A model generated the notes under the pieces. That model ran no database searches, had not been told where the DNA came from, and was given only the letters and a program-made list of their open reading frames with translations. Below, one piece after another: positions 11,190-23,902 of a DNA stretch of 64,000 bases (position 1 is its first letter; each line of letters opens with the position of its first letter). The stretch lies in NCBI GenBank assembly GCA_964016885.1, contig OZ024743.1, forward strand, positions 61,070,001 through 61,134,000. Direction: 5' to 3'. This stretch comes from Eledone cirrhosa. Lineage: Eukaryota. The position numbers and the translations under genes are program-made.

Positions 11190-11696
11190 AACAAGGCTTT
11201 TAATTGCCTGCTCCATCATCGTTGTATTTAAATCCCTTCCAACGTTCTCCGCCTCCAAATCCATCGCCTCGGCCACAAAACTCGGTTTGTCCTCGAGGAC
11301 AAGAAGACAAGCAAATACTGGAGCTTGTCCGGCCACTTCTTCTTTGCATCGGTCACTGTCGAGTCCTCAGGTGTCCTCGGACCTCAGACAGCTCATCCGT
11401 AAAATCAGAAAGATAGCGGCCCATCTGAGGAAGGAGCCCCGTGAGGTCGGGTGGCTGTTGCAGCGTGTCACTGGCCATTTCCGCGGAAATGCCTTTGCCA
11501 TCTTGTCCGTGGGGCGCAGCCGAAACACAGCTTTGAGCTAGGTGTCACCATTTGTCACTCTCGCCCCTTCCCCCTTTCTTTCTTTCTTCCTTTGTCTAGT
11601 AGTCCTTGTTCTTCCTTTCTTTTTCCTCTCATTTATGTCATTTATAGTCCTTTCCAATACTGCTTTCTTTTTCTGTATGTTTAACCAAATAAAAAT
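11190..11696 (+). mobile_element. 3' fragment of an RLE-encoding non-LTR retrotransposon (CRE-like)
   Basis: Frameshifted VESSGVLGP..KEPREVGWLLQRV..RGNAFAILS resembles the C-terminus of CRE-type restriction-like endonucleases. Pyrimidine-rich 3' UTR ends in AATAAAAA. Confidence 0.6.
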
Positions 11697-12189
11697 TTAG
11701 AAATGAAACAGACGAATAGTGAAGTTATTCTGGCTTTGGTGAGCATTCTATATTGCCGAAATACTTCTTTCAAACGTACTTAACTTTTTTTCGTTTTGTC
11801 TCTACTAAGAAAGTCATTTGTACACTCACCAGCATTCATGTAACCCCCGTGCAATATTTATATATTTTGAATGAGGTACACTTTTTGCCTGGTGATTACG
11901 AAAAAAGCTGAGAAAACACTTTTAGGCTAAACGGAAACTGGGAGAACAGCAAGAATAAGAGTGTGTTCAAGAATAAGAGTGAACTGGAAGGATAAACTTA
12001 GTTGTTTGACCCTCATATGTCGAACTCGAGAGAAGAATCCATTATATATAGATGTACATATTCTTTGAGAATATAGAGGTCCTAAGCGCAGAAAATAACT
12101 ATAACTACTGTCGATTGTTATAAATGATAGCTTAGAAAATCGGTTAAAAATCTTCTAAAAACGGAAAAGGGTGACTAGCAATTTAACGG

Positions 12190-12290
12190 TAGTATAAGTC
12201 AATTAAATTGACGCTAATACTTGCCTTGTACCTGATTTTATTGAACCTGGAATGGTGAAAGGCCAAGTTGACCACGATGGGATATAAACC
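12190..12290 (-). mobile_element. SINE fragment (octopus-type tRNA-derived family A)
   Basis: Reverse complement resembles the 21558-21745 copy (gtcaacttggcctttcacc..ataaaatcaggtac). Confidence 0.55.
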
Positions 12291-12364
12291 TAGAACGTAG
12301 TGGCTAATGATCGAATAAAGTATTTCTTTCGGCGCGCTAACGATCCATCGCCATATTTGTATAA

Positions 12365-13500
12365 TATGGGGTCAATTCTCTCAGGTTTGCTGACCATCAC
12401 GTACATGAACCAGTTGGAGCGTAAATAATTAACCACCTGCCGTTCTTTCTCCTTCTTCTCCTGGTACATAGATAATGTCCTTATGATCACTTCAACACCT
12501 GAATAAGCCTTCAAGATTTACAAGATCATCGAAAATGTAGATGCACTCATGCATTTTTAGGTTAAGCAGCCAGGCATCACTGGATTCCTCTCTCTCTCTA
12601 CACCACTTTACACTAAGAATCACAGAGGAGTCCTCCATATGCACCACATTTTTCCAAGAAGGGTACCAGCAGAGAAATTTGTCTGCACCAAGATTTTGTC
12701 ATTCCATGCAGGGCCAAAATAGGTTATTTACAGACTGAGAACTCCCGGGTGCAGCAAGGTGGAATTCCGGAGATTTCTCACCGAGAACGGCTACACTAAT
12801 TCTCTCACCAAACACTGAAATGCCAAGACATCAACACTTAAAAGAACAAGGGGGTCACTTGCCCTTAGAGATAACATATACTATCTAAAGCTGCCGCATT
12901 TCAATGAGAAAATGACCACTATCATCAGACAAGCATTCCGTGGGGAGGGCCGGGTTATACAGCTGGCGCACTCAGGACCTTCATTGAGAAGACTACTCTA
13001 CCGACACCGACCTACATACAACAATATGTGCACACTTCCTAATTGTTCCATCAACAACGCAGTCACATGTAAAACATGTAGCTCCTCATACATCGGAAAT
13101 ACCGTCCAGATGCTGCACATACGGATCAAAGTGTACATGACACTGAGAGCTTCTGTCAAAAACATATTAACAGATATGGCAGCCAAGACATTGAGGTCAC
13201 CATAGAAGCGACAGAAAAGAATGTGAGTAATTTAAGAATCCCAGAGCCCATTATCATCAACAAGAGAAAACATAAATAATAGATTGGAAATGTACGAAGC
13301 AGATTAACTACAATAACGAATTCACGTATGCGTATTTCATACACATAGACCATCTAAGGAAGAACACATCGATCGTTCCTTTTTGTTTTGAACTGTTTCC
13401 GTTTCACACTTGAAAAGAGGATAATAGCCCAGAAATATCAAGTTGAAATATATTGGGTAAAACATTGGCTTGTTTTGTTTATTTGTCATATTTTGCCCTT
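12365..13500 (+). mobile_element. Penelope-like element relic (RT and GIY-YIG)
   Basis: MGSILSGLLTITYMNQLE..SWYIDN (RT core) near 12366-12480 and TCKTCSSSYIGNT..LHIRIK (GIY-YIG) in ORF 12912-13205. Degenerate hammerhead-like TTGAAAA..GAAA near 13410-13440. Confidence 0.75.
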
Positions 13501-14296
13501 TATATATTTCTACCGAATTGTACCCACGTTTTGAAAACTATCAGTCGTTTTGGAAGAAATTTTCTTTTCCAAGACAAAACAAATGAGTAAAATCAAATAT
13601 TTGCATTCAAAACCATACGGTGACCCCTTGTTCTTTTTCCACTTTCTGTACTCGCCAAAATAATAGGTTTGAGGCGGGGTTGTAACAAAAGACAGATTTA
13701 TTTCGAAGAAAAAATTTAGGAGAATAGAAAAAAATATTAATATTCATATTTTTTGATACATGGCTTCTGTTATATTCATACCTTTGATGCATAGTTTGCA
13801 GGTAGATTTTAACATCGTATTTGGTGTAGAAAAAGGTATGACGTCTACACCGAAAAATACGATATATATCAAACATTGGAATTTTTCTAGAAAATAAAAA
13901 TACAACTTTAAAAAGATATTAACACCAAAGACACAGAATTGGTTTAACTGTTTGTTTTAATCACTCAACTACTCTCATTCCATCTGTTGAGAGTATGACA
14001 TAAAAGAGTAACAGCAACAATAACAACAAAAGGGAGTAATAGAAGGTGGAGGAGGTGGGAAAATGCAGTTGGATTTCTCTATTTTAGTTTAGTTTATGTC
14101 TTATTTTCTTGTTCCCATACAGCCTGTCACTCTCCCATTCCATCTCTCAACCACACACTTTCTCTCTCTCTCTCTCTCCCCCCCCCTTTCTCTCTATCTA
14201 TCTATCTGTCTCTCTTCCTGTCTCTCTTTCTAACTGTCTATCAATCTATCAATCTATCAATCTATATTTCTATATTCTGTTAGTACACACACATAC

Positions 14297-14345
<49 letters not shown>

Positions 14346-14544
14346 TACATATACATATACATATTCATACATATATATAATATATATATATATATGAATA
14401 TGTGTATATTATATATATGTATGAATATGTATATATATATGTATATGTATATATATATGTATATATATATATATGTATGTATATATATATATGTATGTAT
14501 TTATATATGTATATATATATATGTATATATGTATATATATATGA

Positions 14545-14860
14545 AAAGGGGAGAATATTTGTTTTGTTTTTCAAACAAGTAAGATTTATATTCACGACTG
14601 TGTTACCTTTTAATTTCATTTTATCAATAATTTTTTCATATTTTCTTATTAGTGCTTTATGTTTAGTTTGGAACAGTACCGTTCCTGAATGGATTAGTCC
14701 ATTAACGTTCAAGGATCCTTACAGCGTTACAATCAGAATGGAAATGATGGTAAGTAACGGCATGTTGTTCGAGCCCTTTATATTCGGTCGCAAATAATCA
14801 TAGGAATTCTGGCAAAATCTTCAATGCCAGATTAAAACATATTCTTTAAAATAACATGTA
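14545..14860 (-). mobile_element. Penelope-like 5'/pLTR fragment between (TA)n tracts
   Basis: [23 protein letters not shown] resembles the N-terminus of PLE ORFs. Confidence 0.45.
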
Positions 14861-15893
14861 TATATGGGGGAATGAGTTGCGTGAGTGCGAATGAGTGTGG
14901 CGTGAATGTGTACGTGTGTGTGAGCATGTTTGTTTAACGTAGACTGGCTTCTACATCATATTCTACAATCCAATGAAAATTCATTATTATTGTATTCGTA
15001 CGTTCATTATTATTCTCTTCTCACATATTTTCACAAATAGAAATATGATCATGAAGATAAGCAGAGAATAAACTATTAATTAACATATGATAGTCTCTAT
15101 AATTTAAATGAAATTCTCATTTTCTTTTTTGCTTTTTTGCTTTTCTTATGAATGTTGGGCGGCATCTTGCATTTTTATGAGTATTTTTTTATGTTTTGTA
15201 AAATATAAATTAATAAAATATCATTATAACTTCAACCTCAACAACTATTTGATAGTTTCGGGTCTTTTTTTTTGTTTCGTTTTATATATATATATATTTA
15301 TTTATTTATTTATTTATTTTCCTCATTTAGACAATTTGTAATTTTTTCAGTATTTCCATTTTCAAGTGTAGCGCTTTGCAATAAGCTATGTTGCAGAAAT
15401 AACCAATCAGACGCGAAAAGTTGAATTCTTGGTTTAAAAAAAGCATAACTTTACAATAGCGTTCACTGAGCTTATATATATGTGTGTTGACAATGATGAG
15501 CAGGAACTATAGACATGAGCATGTTCAAAGAGAATTCAAAGGAAATAGAAAGGCATACAATGGGTATGGTGATTGAGACTAGAATAATGGATCACATCCA
15601 TTTATTTAAATAATTCGATAATACTATATTCGAACCTTTTTACTAACTTTTACGAGAAGAAAATTAATGTTATCTTGAAAACCAATAACGAACCCTTACG
15701 ATATATGAAAGGTTCAATATTAAACCAATTCATTAATTTACTTTACAGGTTTATTTCAATTGTACACACAGACACTCACATATATTGCATAGAATATGTA
15801 TAGTGGTAAGAAGCTCTCAAGAGAGGTGTACAGCAGGTCTTCAGAGCACAAACCCCACTCAAATGGATATATTTATGCATACTTACACATATA

Positions 15894-15961
<68 letters not shown>

Positions 15962-15974
15962 ATGTCTTAAGCCA

Positions 15975-16232
15975 GAAGGGTCATTTGGCCGGTGCTTATC
16001 TCAGTTTCATGGCGTGAAGCGACTGAGAGTACAAGACTCCCCCCTGGACAGGACGCCAGTCCATCGCAGGGTTAAACCTCCAGCTATTGCTGGTACTCAT
16101 TTTCAGCTGAGTATACTGGAGCAACGTGAAATGATGTGTTTTACTCAAGAACACAACACGCAGCCCAGGAATCGAACCCACGACATTATGATCGTAAGTT
16201 CAACACTCATACCACTAGGCCACGTGCCTCCC
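15975..16232 (-). mobile_element. tRNA-derived CORE-type SINE (family B)
   Basis: Minus strand GAGGCACGTGGCCTAGTGG (box A), GGTTCGATTCC (box B), then GTGTTCTTGAGTAAAACAC..TTCACGTTGCTCCAG core. Related fragments at about 32020-32115, 51075-51360 and 53450-53575. Confidence 0.85.
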
Positions 16233-16306
16233 CATATCCCCATATATATATATATATGGGGAGGCACGTGGCCTAGTGGTATGTGTGTTGGACTTACGAT
16301 CATAAT

Positions 16307-16355
<49 letters not shown>

Positions 16356-16356
<1 letters not shown>

Positions 16357-16442
16357 AGGGTGTCTCTCCAAAACCTTTATACACACTTTGATTACCTGTA
16401 CAGGCAATATTTATTCGAATTGTGTATACATGGGACTCCTTG
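16356..16442. mobile_element. possible Tc1/mariner-type MITE relic
   Basis: Imperfect TIRs CAGGGTGTCTC and GGGACTCCTTG within (TA)n. Confidence 0.3.
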
Positions 16443-16482
<40 letters not shown>

Positions 16483-16772
16483 CACGCACAACCAAATATA
16501 TATGTATGTATCTATAGATGTAATATCAATATTTACTTTCCATATTTGTCTTGTCATATTTGGCAGTAATTTAATTTTAAGATTGGCTCTTTTATTATGA
16601 CTAATATATTAATTATCTCCTCCATTATTTGCAAATCAAACAAGGAGGGCATCCCATATCTTATTTCCAGAAATATAATAACTTTCAATGTTATCCATTA
16701 AAAATAAATATTATGTTATCATTTATAGACGATATAGTAAATTGTGTTTCATTTGATGGCCAGATGACTCAT

Positions 16773-16816
<44 letters not shown>

Positions 16817-16822
<6 letters not shown>

Positions 16823-17553
16823 TAAACGGAATAGAAAATGCTGACAAATTGTTCACAGTTGAAAAATGGTTTAATTAGGAATAAAAGAGTATTAGTGATT
16901 GTATGGGTTAGTATTCAGTTGTGGTTTTAAGTTTTTAAGTTTTTAAGTTTTTACCGGTTGCGCATTTCTAAATGCTTTTCAAAAATAATTTTGAGATAGA
17001 GTGTCCGTGCTGTTTGCTCTGATCTGATTAGTTTTGGGAATTGTACCTGTTTTTATGTTAAAAAAATGGCTCCAGCGTTATTTTTGTGTTGCAAAAATGC
17101 TTGTGGTCAAAACAATTTTGATTGGTCGGTAGAGGTCATGTGAATGTAAAAAGTTGATTTTGCGCCAAGACTGTTTTTATGTTAAAATGTTAGAAAAGTG
17201 GCTCCAGCAAAAATTATTGGTCAAAACAATTTTGATTGGTCGGTAGAGGTCATGTGGATAAAAAATTGGTTTTGCGCCAAGATTGAGAAATGACTCTTTC
17301 ACAACAAATATGTGTGTGTGTGTGTGTATGTGTGTGTAGTAGTAGTAGTAAGGTGTTCGATGCTGCGACAATAGCCAGCAGCGATGTGTGTCAAATGGCT
17401 ATTAAGATAAGTGTGTGTGTGTGTGTGCGTACATACACACAGCAGAGTCATTTGAAGGTCAAAAGATATTTTTCAGCTTTTGTCTTATACGGAGAAGTGC
17501 GTGTGTGTGTAAGTCTCTTTGTATGTTGATGTACGCGTGTGTATGTGTTTGTG

Positions 17554-17596
<43 letters not shown>

Positions 17597-18555
17597 GTGG
17601 GTGGACCAGTATTTGTTTCCCCCTGGTAAAATGGTGTACATTATTCGATTTTTTCAGTAAAATCGGTTCTCTTAATAGAACATCAACAATCTTAACAATA
17701 AAAGGTGTGAAATGATATTCACTATATATATATACACACACACACACACATATATATTTTCACTACATATATATATATATATACATACATATATATGCAC
17801 ATATATGTTTTTGTATTGCACCATAGAGCATGTGTGTTTACGTGTGTCATTGTGTTTATATGTGGGTAGAGATGTGTGCTGATGTAGGTATGTATGTTGA
17901 CGTGTGTATGTTGTGGGTTCGTCTTAGGGAGAAGTGTTTAGACGGGGGTCCGTATTTGTTAATGAAGTAAGATTCCTTGCTGATGCGCTGGGTGTGGGTG
18001 GCATTATCTTTAAATTTGTAGAGGGGAAAGATTCTTAAGTTGGGATGATTTTGGGCGGCACAGGTATCAATGTGTTCACTCAGTGGTATTTTCCTGTATT
18101 CCCGTATTTTAATTTGGGATCTATGGACAGTCATGCGTTGGCGGAGGCTGTTTTTGGTCTGGCCTATGTATTGTTCTCGACAACCTGAACAAGTTAATAC
18201 ATATATTAAATTTTCCGATGCACATGTGAAATTGTGTTTTACTATAAAACGTTGTCCATCTTTGAAATAGAATTCCGAACCCTCTATTAGGTTGATGCAA
18301 ATGCCACAGTTGGGTCTATCGCATTTTTTTACTGTGGGTTTCGTTGTTGTGGTTGGCAGTACTTTGGCATGTGTTAAATGAAAAGCATTTAGAAATGCGC
18401 AACCGGTAAAAACTTAAAAACTTAAAACCACAACTGAATACTAACCCATACAATCACTAATACTCTTTTATTCCTAATTAAACCATTTTTCAACTGTGAA
18501 CAATTTGTCAGCATTTTCTATTCCGTTTACCAATATATAATAACTTGTGTGTTAC
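16817..18555 (-). mobile_element. Penelope-like (Neptune-type) fragment with inverted pLTR copies
   Basis: Minus strand CDRPNCGIC linker, NLIYVLTCSGCREQYIGQT..RMTVH GIY-YIG (about 17930-18375). Inverted repeat of about 160 bp at 16817-16980 and 18380-18536. Third pLTR copy at 49845-50065. Confidence 0.8.
16947..16986 (-). ncRNA. variant hammerhead-like motif (U3-A8, A13C)
   Basis: TTTT TTGAAAA GCATTT AG AAATGC GCAA CCGG TA AAAA; also at about 18378-18412 and 49884-49919. Confidence 0.45.
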
Positions 18556-18692
18556 ACCTCTATTCTTTTAACTATATATATATATATATTTACATGTGTA
18601 TATATATATATTATATATATACACATATATATATACATGTAAATATATATATATATATATACACATATGTATATGTAAGTCTATATCCATAT

Positions 18693-18736
<44 letters not shown>

Positions 18737-18775
18737 ATATGGATATAGATACATATATATACATATATATATATA

Positions 18776-18868
<93 letters not shown>

Positions 18869-19509
18869 CTAATCTGTATGAAGTTTTAAAAAATATATTT
18901 ATATAATATTTGAAAAGCCTATGAACGATTCAATTGCCCATACCCATGTATATTTGAAAAGTTAAACAGCATCACAGAAAAGTTAAATTGGGAGGTGATG
19001 AGAATTTCAATAGATATCTTTAAACCCCATTTTTCTCTTCTTCTGCGGAGCCATTGTTCGGAAACGTTTCAACTGTACCTTCCTAAAAAAAGTAAGAAAA
19101 ATTATTTTTTGTCTTTTAACAACAACAAATTGGTAAGTAAAAAGAAATATATCCTGACTTATCTTTAAAAAATAGCAAGTAGAATTGAATAATACATATA
19201 TGTTCTGTGTAATTTACTATTGTGTTTCTAGCGTTTATCCAAAACATTATGTAAAAGACATGGGTAAACACTTTATCTTTATATACATTATATTATTATA
19301 ATTATATCATAGGCATTTTGATATGTTTATTTGTGTGTGTGTCAGTATATGTGACCCACGTGCCCTTGCCTTTCCCTCCTTTCCCGTTGTCATAACCACA
19401 AAAAACACTTGCATTTGTTTACAATAAACCAAGTGTATACTATTTACTGTGCGTGAGGTTTCTACCTCTCCTAAAAATATATATCTTCGTACATACATAC
19501 ATACACAAG

Positions 19510-19545
<36 letters not shown>

Positions 19546-19602
19546 AGCAAATGAATGAGTGAATGAAAGAGTTACAAGCCGTTAAAACATTTCTTTATAT
19601 AG

Positions 19603-19640
19603 CTCTTAACCGTGTTTCACCCAGAGGGGCTCATCAGAGG
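19603..19640 (-). ncRNA. minimal type I hammerhead ribozyme
   Basis: CCT CTGATGA GCCC CTCT GGGT GAAA CACGGT TA AGAG. Confidence 0.7.
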
Positions 19641-19762
19641 CAGAAATTCCAATACGACGCCATTGTGTTTACTTTTTCGAACAGTATGCAGGAAGACATG
19701 AAGTTGTATTGATAATTTCTCAACTGTAATTATACTTACAGACCTAACTATTGGAAATGCTA

Positions 19763-19799
19763 CCCCCGATGAGTCTCTCTGGGCGAAACACGTGTAAGA
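19763..19799 (+). ncRNA. minimal type I hammerhead ribozyme (mirror copy, U4C)
   Basis: CCGATGA GTCT CTCT GGGC GAAA CACGTG TA AG, with palindromic stem III ACACGTGT and a GUA cleavage triplet. Confidence 0.6.
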
Positions 19800-20056
19800 A
19801 ATGTTTTAACGGCTTGTAACTCCTTCATTCACTCATTTATTTGCTTATTCCCGCTCTGCTTAAACCATACGCTAAATATTAACTCTGCTAACCCAAGCAT
19901 CGAGCACACTACGCTTCGGCTATTGGTACTTAGTATTCTGTATTGCACCTCTTTGTACCTCTCCGCTTCATCCTCTCCTATGATACTTTAACTCTATTAT
20001 ATATATATATTATAGAGCGAAATGACAGGAAGCCGGAGAGGTTGATTTCCTTCAAA

Positions 20057-20112
20057 CACTATGCACATTTCAGTGGCCAGGTTACGTATGAACCTGGTGA
20101 CGTCATCAGGTG
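20057..20112 (-). ncRNA. type I hammerhead ribozyme with long stem II
   Basis: CAC CTGATGA CGTCA CCAGGTT catacgt AACCTGG CCACT GAAA TGTGCA TA GTG. Lies in a unique insert of about 300 bp between (TA)n tracts. Confidence 0.6.
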
Positions 20113-20294
20113 GATATTGCTTAATATTTATAAAGGAATTATGGTAAACACATTCCAAGAGGCTTTAAGGAGGGAAAGCAGAGCAGAAAAAATGTTTTGT
20201 TTTTGTTTTGACCCAATGGCAATCATGGTAGCCCGTTGTTGTCAGTTGGGCAGATCGAACCTCAGTCTCGCGGATTCCAGCTGAGTAGTGTGTG

Positions 20295-20396
<102 letters not shown>

Positions 20397-20789
20397 GAGA
20401 GAGAAGTTGAGAGAGAGTGGGAGAAATTAAAGTGAGAGAGGAAGAGAATTTAACCGGTAAATCCTTCTCAAATTACATTCTATGATCTTAAGTAAGAGGA
20501 TGACCCATTAAATCAATCACATATCACTGAAGAAGCAGGTTGTTCCCGACTAGAATACACTTGATGTTACGCCTGGTTCATTGGGGTTGACATGGTGCTA
20601 AACGATAGCAACAACTCAAATCCTTTAATAAAAAAATTGACTGATACTCTTTAGTCTTACTTTACGCACTAGCCATCCAGTAATCTTTCACTATAATATA
20701 ATTAGTTTCACGTTAGAAATCTAGAAAATCTTAGCCATACATTAACTACACATTAGTCATCTAGTATTCTTTAAGCATAATCTAGCATG

Positions 20790-21075
20790 GTATCCATTCA
20801 GACATCCGTCGTCCTAAGTCGCCGGACAGCCGTTTTTCCTCGTCATATCGCCTGAGGAAGAATCCCCTGAGTATCGTTGGCTGTTCTCCGCTGCGAAGGT
20901 TTTGCCATCTTCTCTGTGGGCGCAGCTAGGATATACCGTCCAGTCAAATGTGTAGAGTTGGTCTACTTCCCATTTCCCCCTTCCCTTCTCACTCTACTTC
21001 TTTCTTTTTCTTTTTTCTCTTTCCTTTTGGTATTATATGAATTGTGTTTTTTATATACAATATGTTTTAATTAAG
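20790..21075 (+). mobile_element. second, more decayed CRE-like 3' fragment
   Basis: Similar to 11350-11690 (tggctgtt..tttgccatctt.tc.gtggg.cgcagc). Confidence 0.5.
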
Positions 21076-21557
21076 AAATTTATCTTATCTTTAGATAATC
21101 AGTACTCGTTTCATCTCGTTTATGTCATTACAATTTCAATATATTCAATGTATCAGAGTAACCGAATTGTTAAGAAGTTCACTTCACACTCATTATATCC
21201 TGCTGCGTGGCATCTAAGGCAAGTGTCATTTACATTATATGTTGTAGTGGAAGATAAACCAAGTAGAATGATGGACTAAATGGGTTGCTGTGTTGAATTA
21301 TCTATGTATGGACTCGTAGCTCCTGGGGGAGTTGTAGGGGCGCTGTATTGACATACGGAGTGTCTCGAGCATGGTTTTTAACCTGGTGGAGGCCATCACC
21401 TCTCCAGGTCTGAAAACAGCAAATCTCTTCCAGAGTAGGATAGAGGGATAGAGAGTGAGAGAATGGAAATGAGAAACAGGCATAGAGAAAAAATAGACCC
21501 CAGTACAAGACCGGTACTTTTTTTATGAATGAGTTTGAACTATATAGTGGTTAATTA

Positions 21558-21745
21558 TGATGGATTGGCAGTATCGGTAGAGGGTCGGACGCCATGCTTT
21601 CCAGCATAGTTACGTCCCTTTACGATCTGAGTTCAAATCCCGCCGAGGTTGACCTTGCCTTTCATCCTTACGGGGTCGATAAAATAAAGTACCAGTAATG
21701 AACTGGGTATTTGCTGGCCTTGTGCCTAAAGTAGAAACAATTATT
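21558..21745 (+). mobile_element. SINE family A (octopus-type tRNA-derived)
   Basis: TGGATTGGCAGTATCGGTAGAG head, GAGTTCAAATCC box B, GCCTTTCATCCTTACGGGGTCGATAAAATAAAGTACCAG body. Further copies at 40238-40432, 41287-41500, 45478-45600, 45630-45720, 51479-51670, about 60585-60700 and 61160-61280. Confidence 0.85.
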
Positions 21746-22790
21746 ATAAAGTGTCACGAGCGAAATATATAGAGTTCGATTACCGCTGGCGCGTTGTATC
21801 CTCGAGCAAAACTCGTTTCTCAGTCTACTCTGAAATAAAATAATTAAGTGTAGCTGTAATTAAATTCGCCGGCCAACTTATTGTGTCCACAAGAGCGCCA
21901 GTCACAAAGCTTGGCTAGATGTGGCTCCGCCACAGCTGAACACATTGCTGTCCTTTCTCATTAAACTCTACCAAGTCCATTGCTGTCCTTTCTCATTAAA
22001 CTCTACCAAGTCCAATGCTGCTCAGGAGTGTTCCAGCAGGGGCATATCAGGAGAGGTTGCGTCGTCTGTGGCTCGATGCCGCATTCGCACACAACACCCG
22101 CATCCTTTAAATATCCCATTTTGCAAGATTGACTTTTGCACGGCCATGTCATCAGCTGAATCACACTGACACCTACCTTAAGGCTACACGTGTCTTGGGG
22201 GTGTTCAGCTACTTGCACATTAAATTCTTCAGTAGATTGTTCTATTGTTCTATTGTTCAAACACAGAACCAGACTTTTTCTGCGTTTTTTCTTCTTTTCA
22301 CTTGTTTAATTTATTTTCTCTCTTTTTTCTTTCCACAATAACTTCCAAAGTTATTGACGCACTGGGGATAGACGTATTGCCTTTAATGTGTTGAACACCC
22401 CCCCCCCCCCCACACACACACACACGTATATGGATGATGACCAGTGTAGCAGTAAATAGTGACCAGAACTTATGATGACGTAGAAAAACAACACCCAATG
22501 GCCTGACAAGAGTGGAAGATGTTTCTTGAAGGAGTTTTTTGACGATAACACCCCAGTGAGAAAATTTGCTCCGAAAGATTTGCATGTGTCCGAAGGAACC
22601 TGCAGCCGTAGAATTAGCCAGATTCATACAGTAACACGCCAGATCCATATTGTTACACGCAATAAACTGAGTCCAGATGCATCACTGATTTTTCGTTTTT
22701 TTATACTATTCACACTCTGCTCTGTATGAATATTGAGTGCTAATTTTGGCATACCGCCTATAGAAGCACCATAGCTACCATTATACACAC

Positions 22791-22831
<41 letters not shown>

Positions 22832-22832
<1 letters not shown>

Positions 22833-23400
22833 CTGATGTACCTAGCTTCGCTTCGATAAACAGACGATAAGGCGCCTGTGTAGTATAGTATTACTGTTGA
22901 AAATATATAGTATAGTATAGTATTACTGTTGAAAATATATAGTATAGTTTAGTATGACTGTTGAAAACATATAGTGTAGTATAGTATTACTGTTGAAAAT
23001 ATATAGTATAGTATTACTGTTGAAAATATATAATATAGTATTACTGTTGAAAATATATAGTACAGTATTACTGTTGAAAATATATAGTACAGTATTACTG
23101 TTGAAAATATATAGTAGAGTACAGTATTACTGTTGAAAATATATAGTATAATATTACTGTTGAAAACATATAGTATAGTATTACTGTTGAAAATATATAG
23201 TATAGTACAGTATTACTTTAGAAATGTGTGTGTTTTTAATGTGTGTATTTTAAAAAGAATATGCAACACGTGTGACGGGTCATTCGCAGATTTGCATTTG
23301 TTGTGTAAACACAGATAGTTAAATCTTCTCCCTTGTTGAAAATCCGTGATTTGACTGCTTCGATTTACCGATTAATGGTGAAATATATTTCTTTAATCAT
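22832..23400 (-). mobile_element. non-autonomous Helitron relic with an internal minisatellite
   Basis: gctgatgtacctagcttcgcttcgataaacagacgataag matches the Helitron terminus at 431-470. Followed by a 22/27-bp tandem array. Confidence 0.55.
22880..23217. repeat. minisatellite TATAGTATTACTGTTGAAAATA (22 bp, with optional extra TATAG), about 13 copies
   Basis: Direct inspection. Confidence 0.9.
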
Positions 23401-23510
23401 TTTAAAAGGTATCTATATTTGAAGTTCTAGTTAAACTTTAATTAGTTACCTACCTAGCTGTGTGTGCTTACACACTTTACAAATTATCCCCTGTGATTGT
23501 TTAATGTATT

Positions 23511-23552
<42 letters not shown>

Positions 23553-23828
23553 CGAAGGAAATGTGGTAAGGAACCAGGTGGACCATAACGCACCAAAGTA
23601 CTCAATACTTGGGGTAGTAGAGTGGGTAATAGGAACCAGGAACTGGTTCATATATATATATATATATATATATGTCAATCAATTTCTAGTTGATATAAAA
23701 TGCTCGGATCTATTCATTGGAATCTTTGAGCATATTCTACAGTGGATATGGCGCATGTATATCGGACATGACACGCTTAATTTAATTTTGGATATATATA
23801 TATATATATATATATACTGAGAGAGAGA

Positions 23829-23902
<74 letters not shown>

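Larger units (their letters stand above)
19543..19980. mobile_element. Penelope-type pLTR with inverted duplication
   Basis: Inverted arms 19543-19640 and 19764-19850, each with a hammerhead, embedded in (TA)n. Confidence 0.7.

Noticed and set aside
12290-12514. Minus-strand 74-aa ORF as a host exon
   Set aside because: It is the antisense of a decayed Penelope RT core on the plus strand.
21558-21660. tRNA genes
   Set aside because: The box A/B heads belong to multi-copy SINEs and do not form a full cloverleaf.
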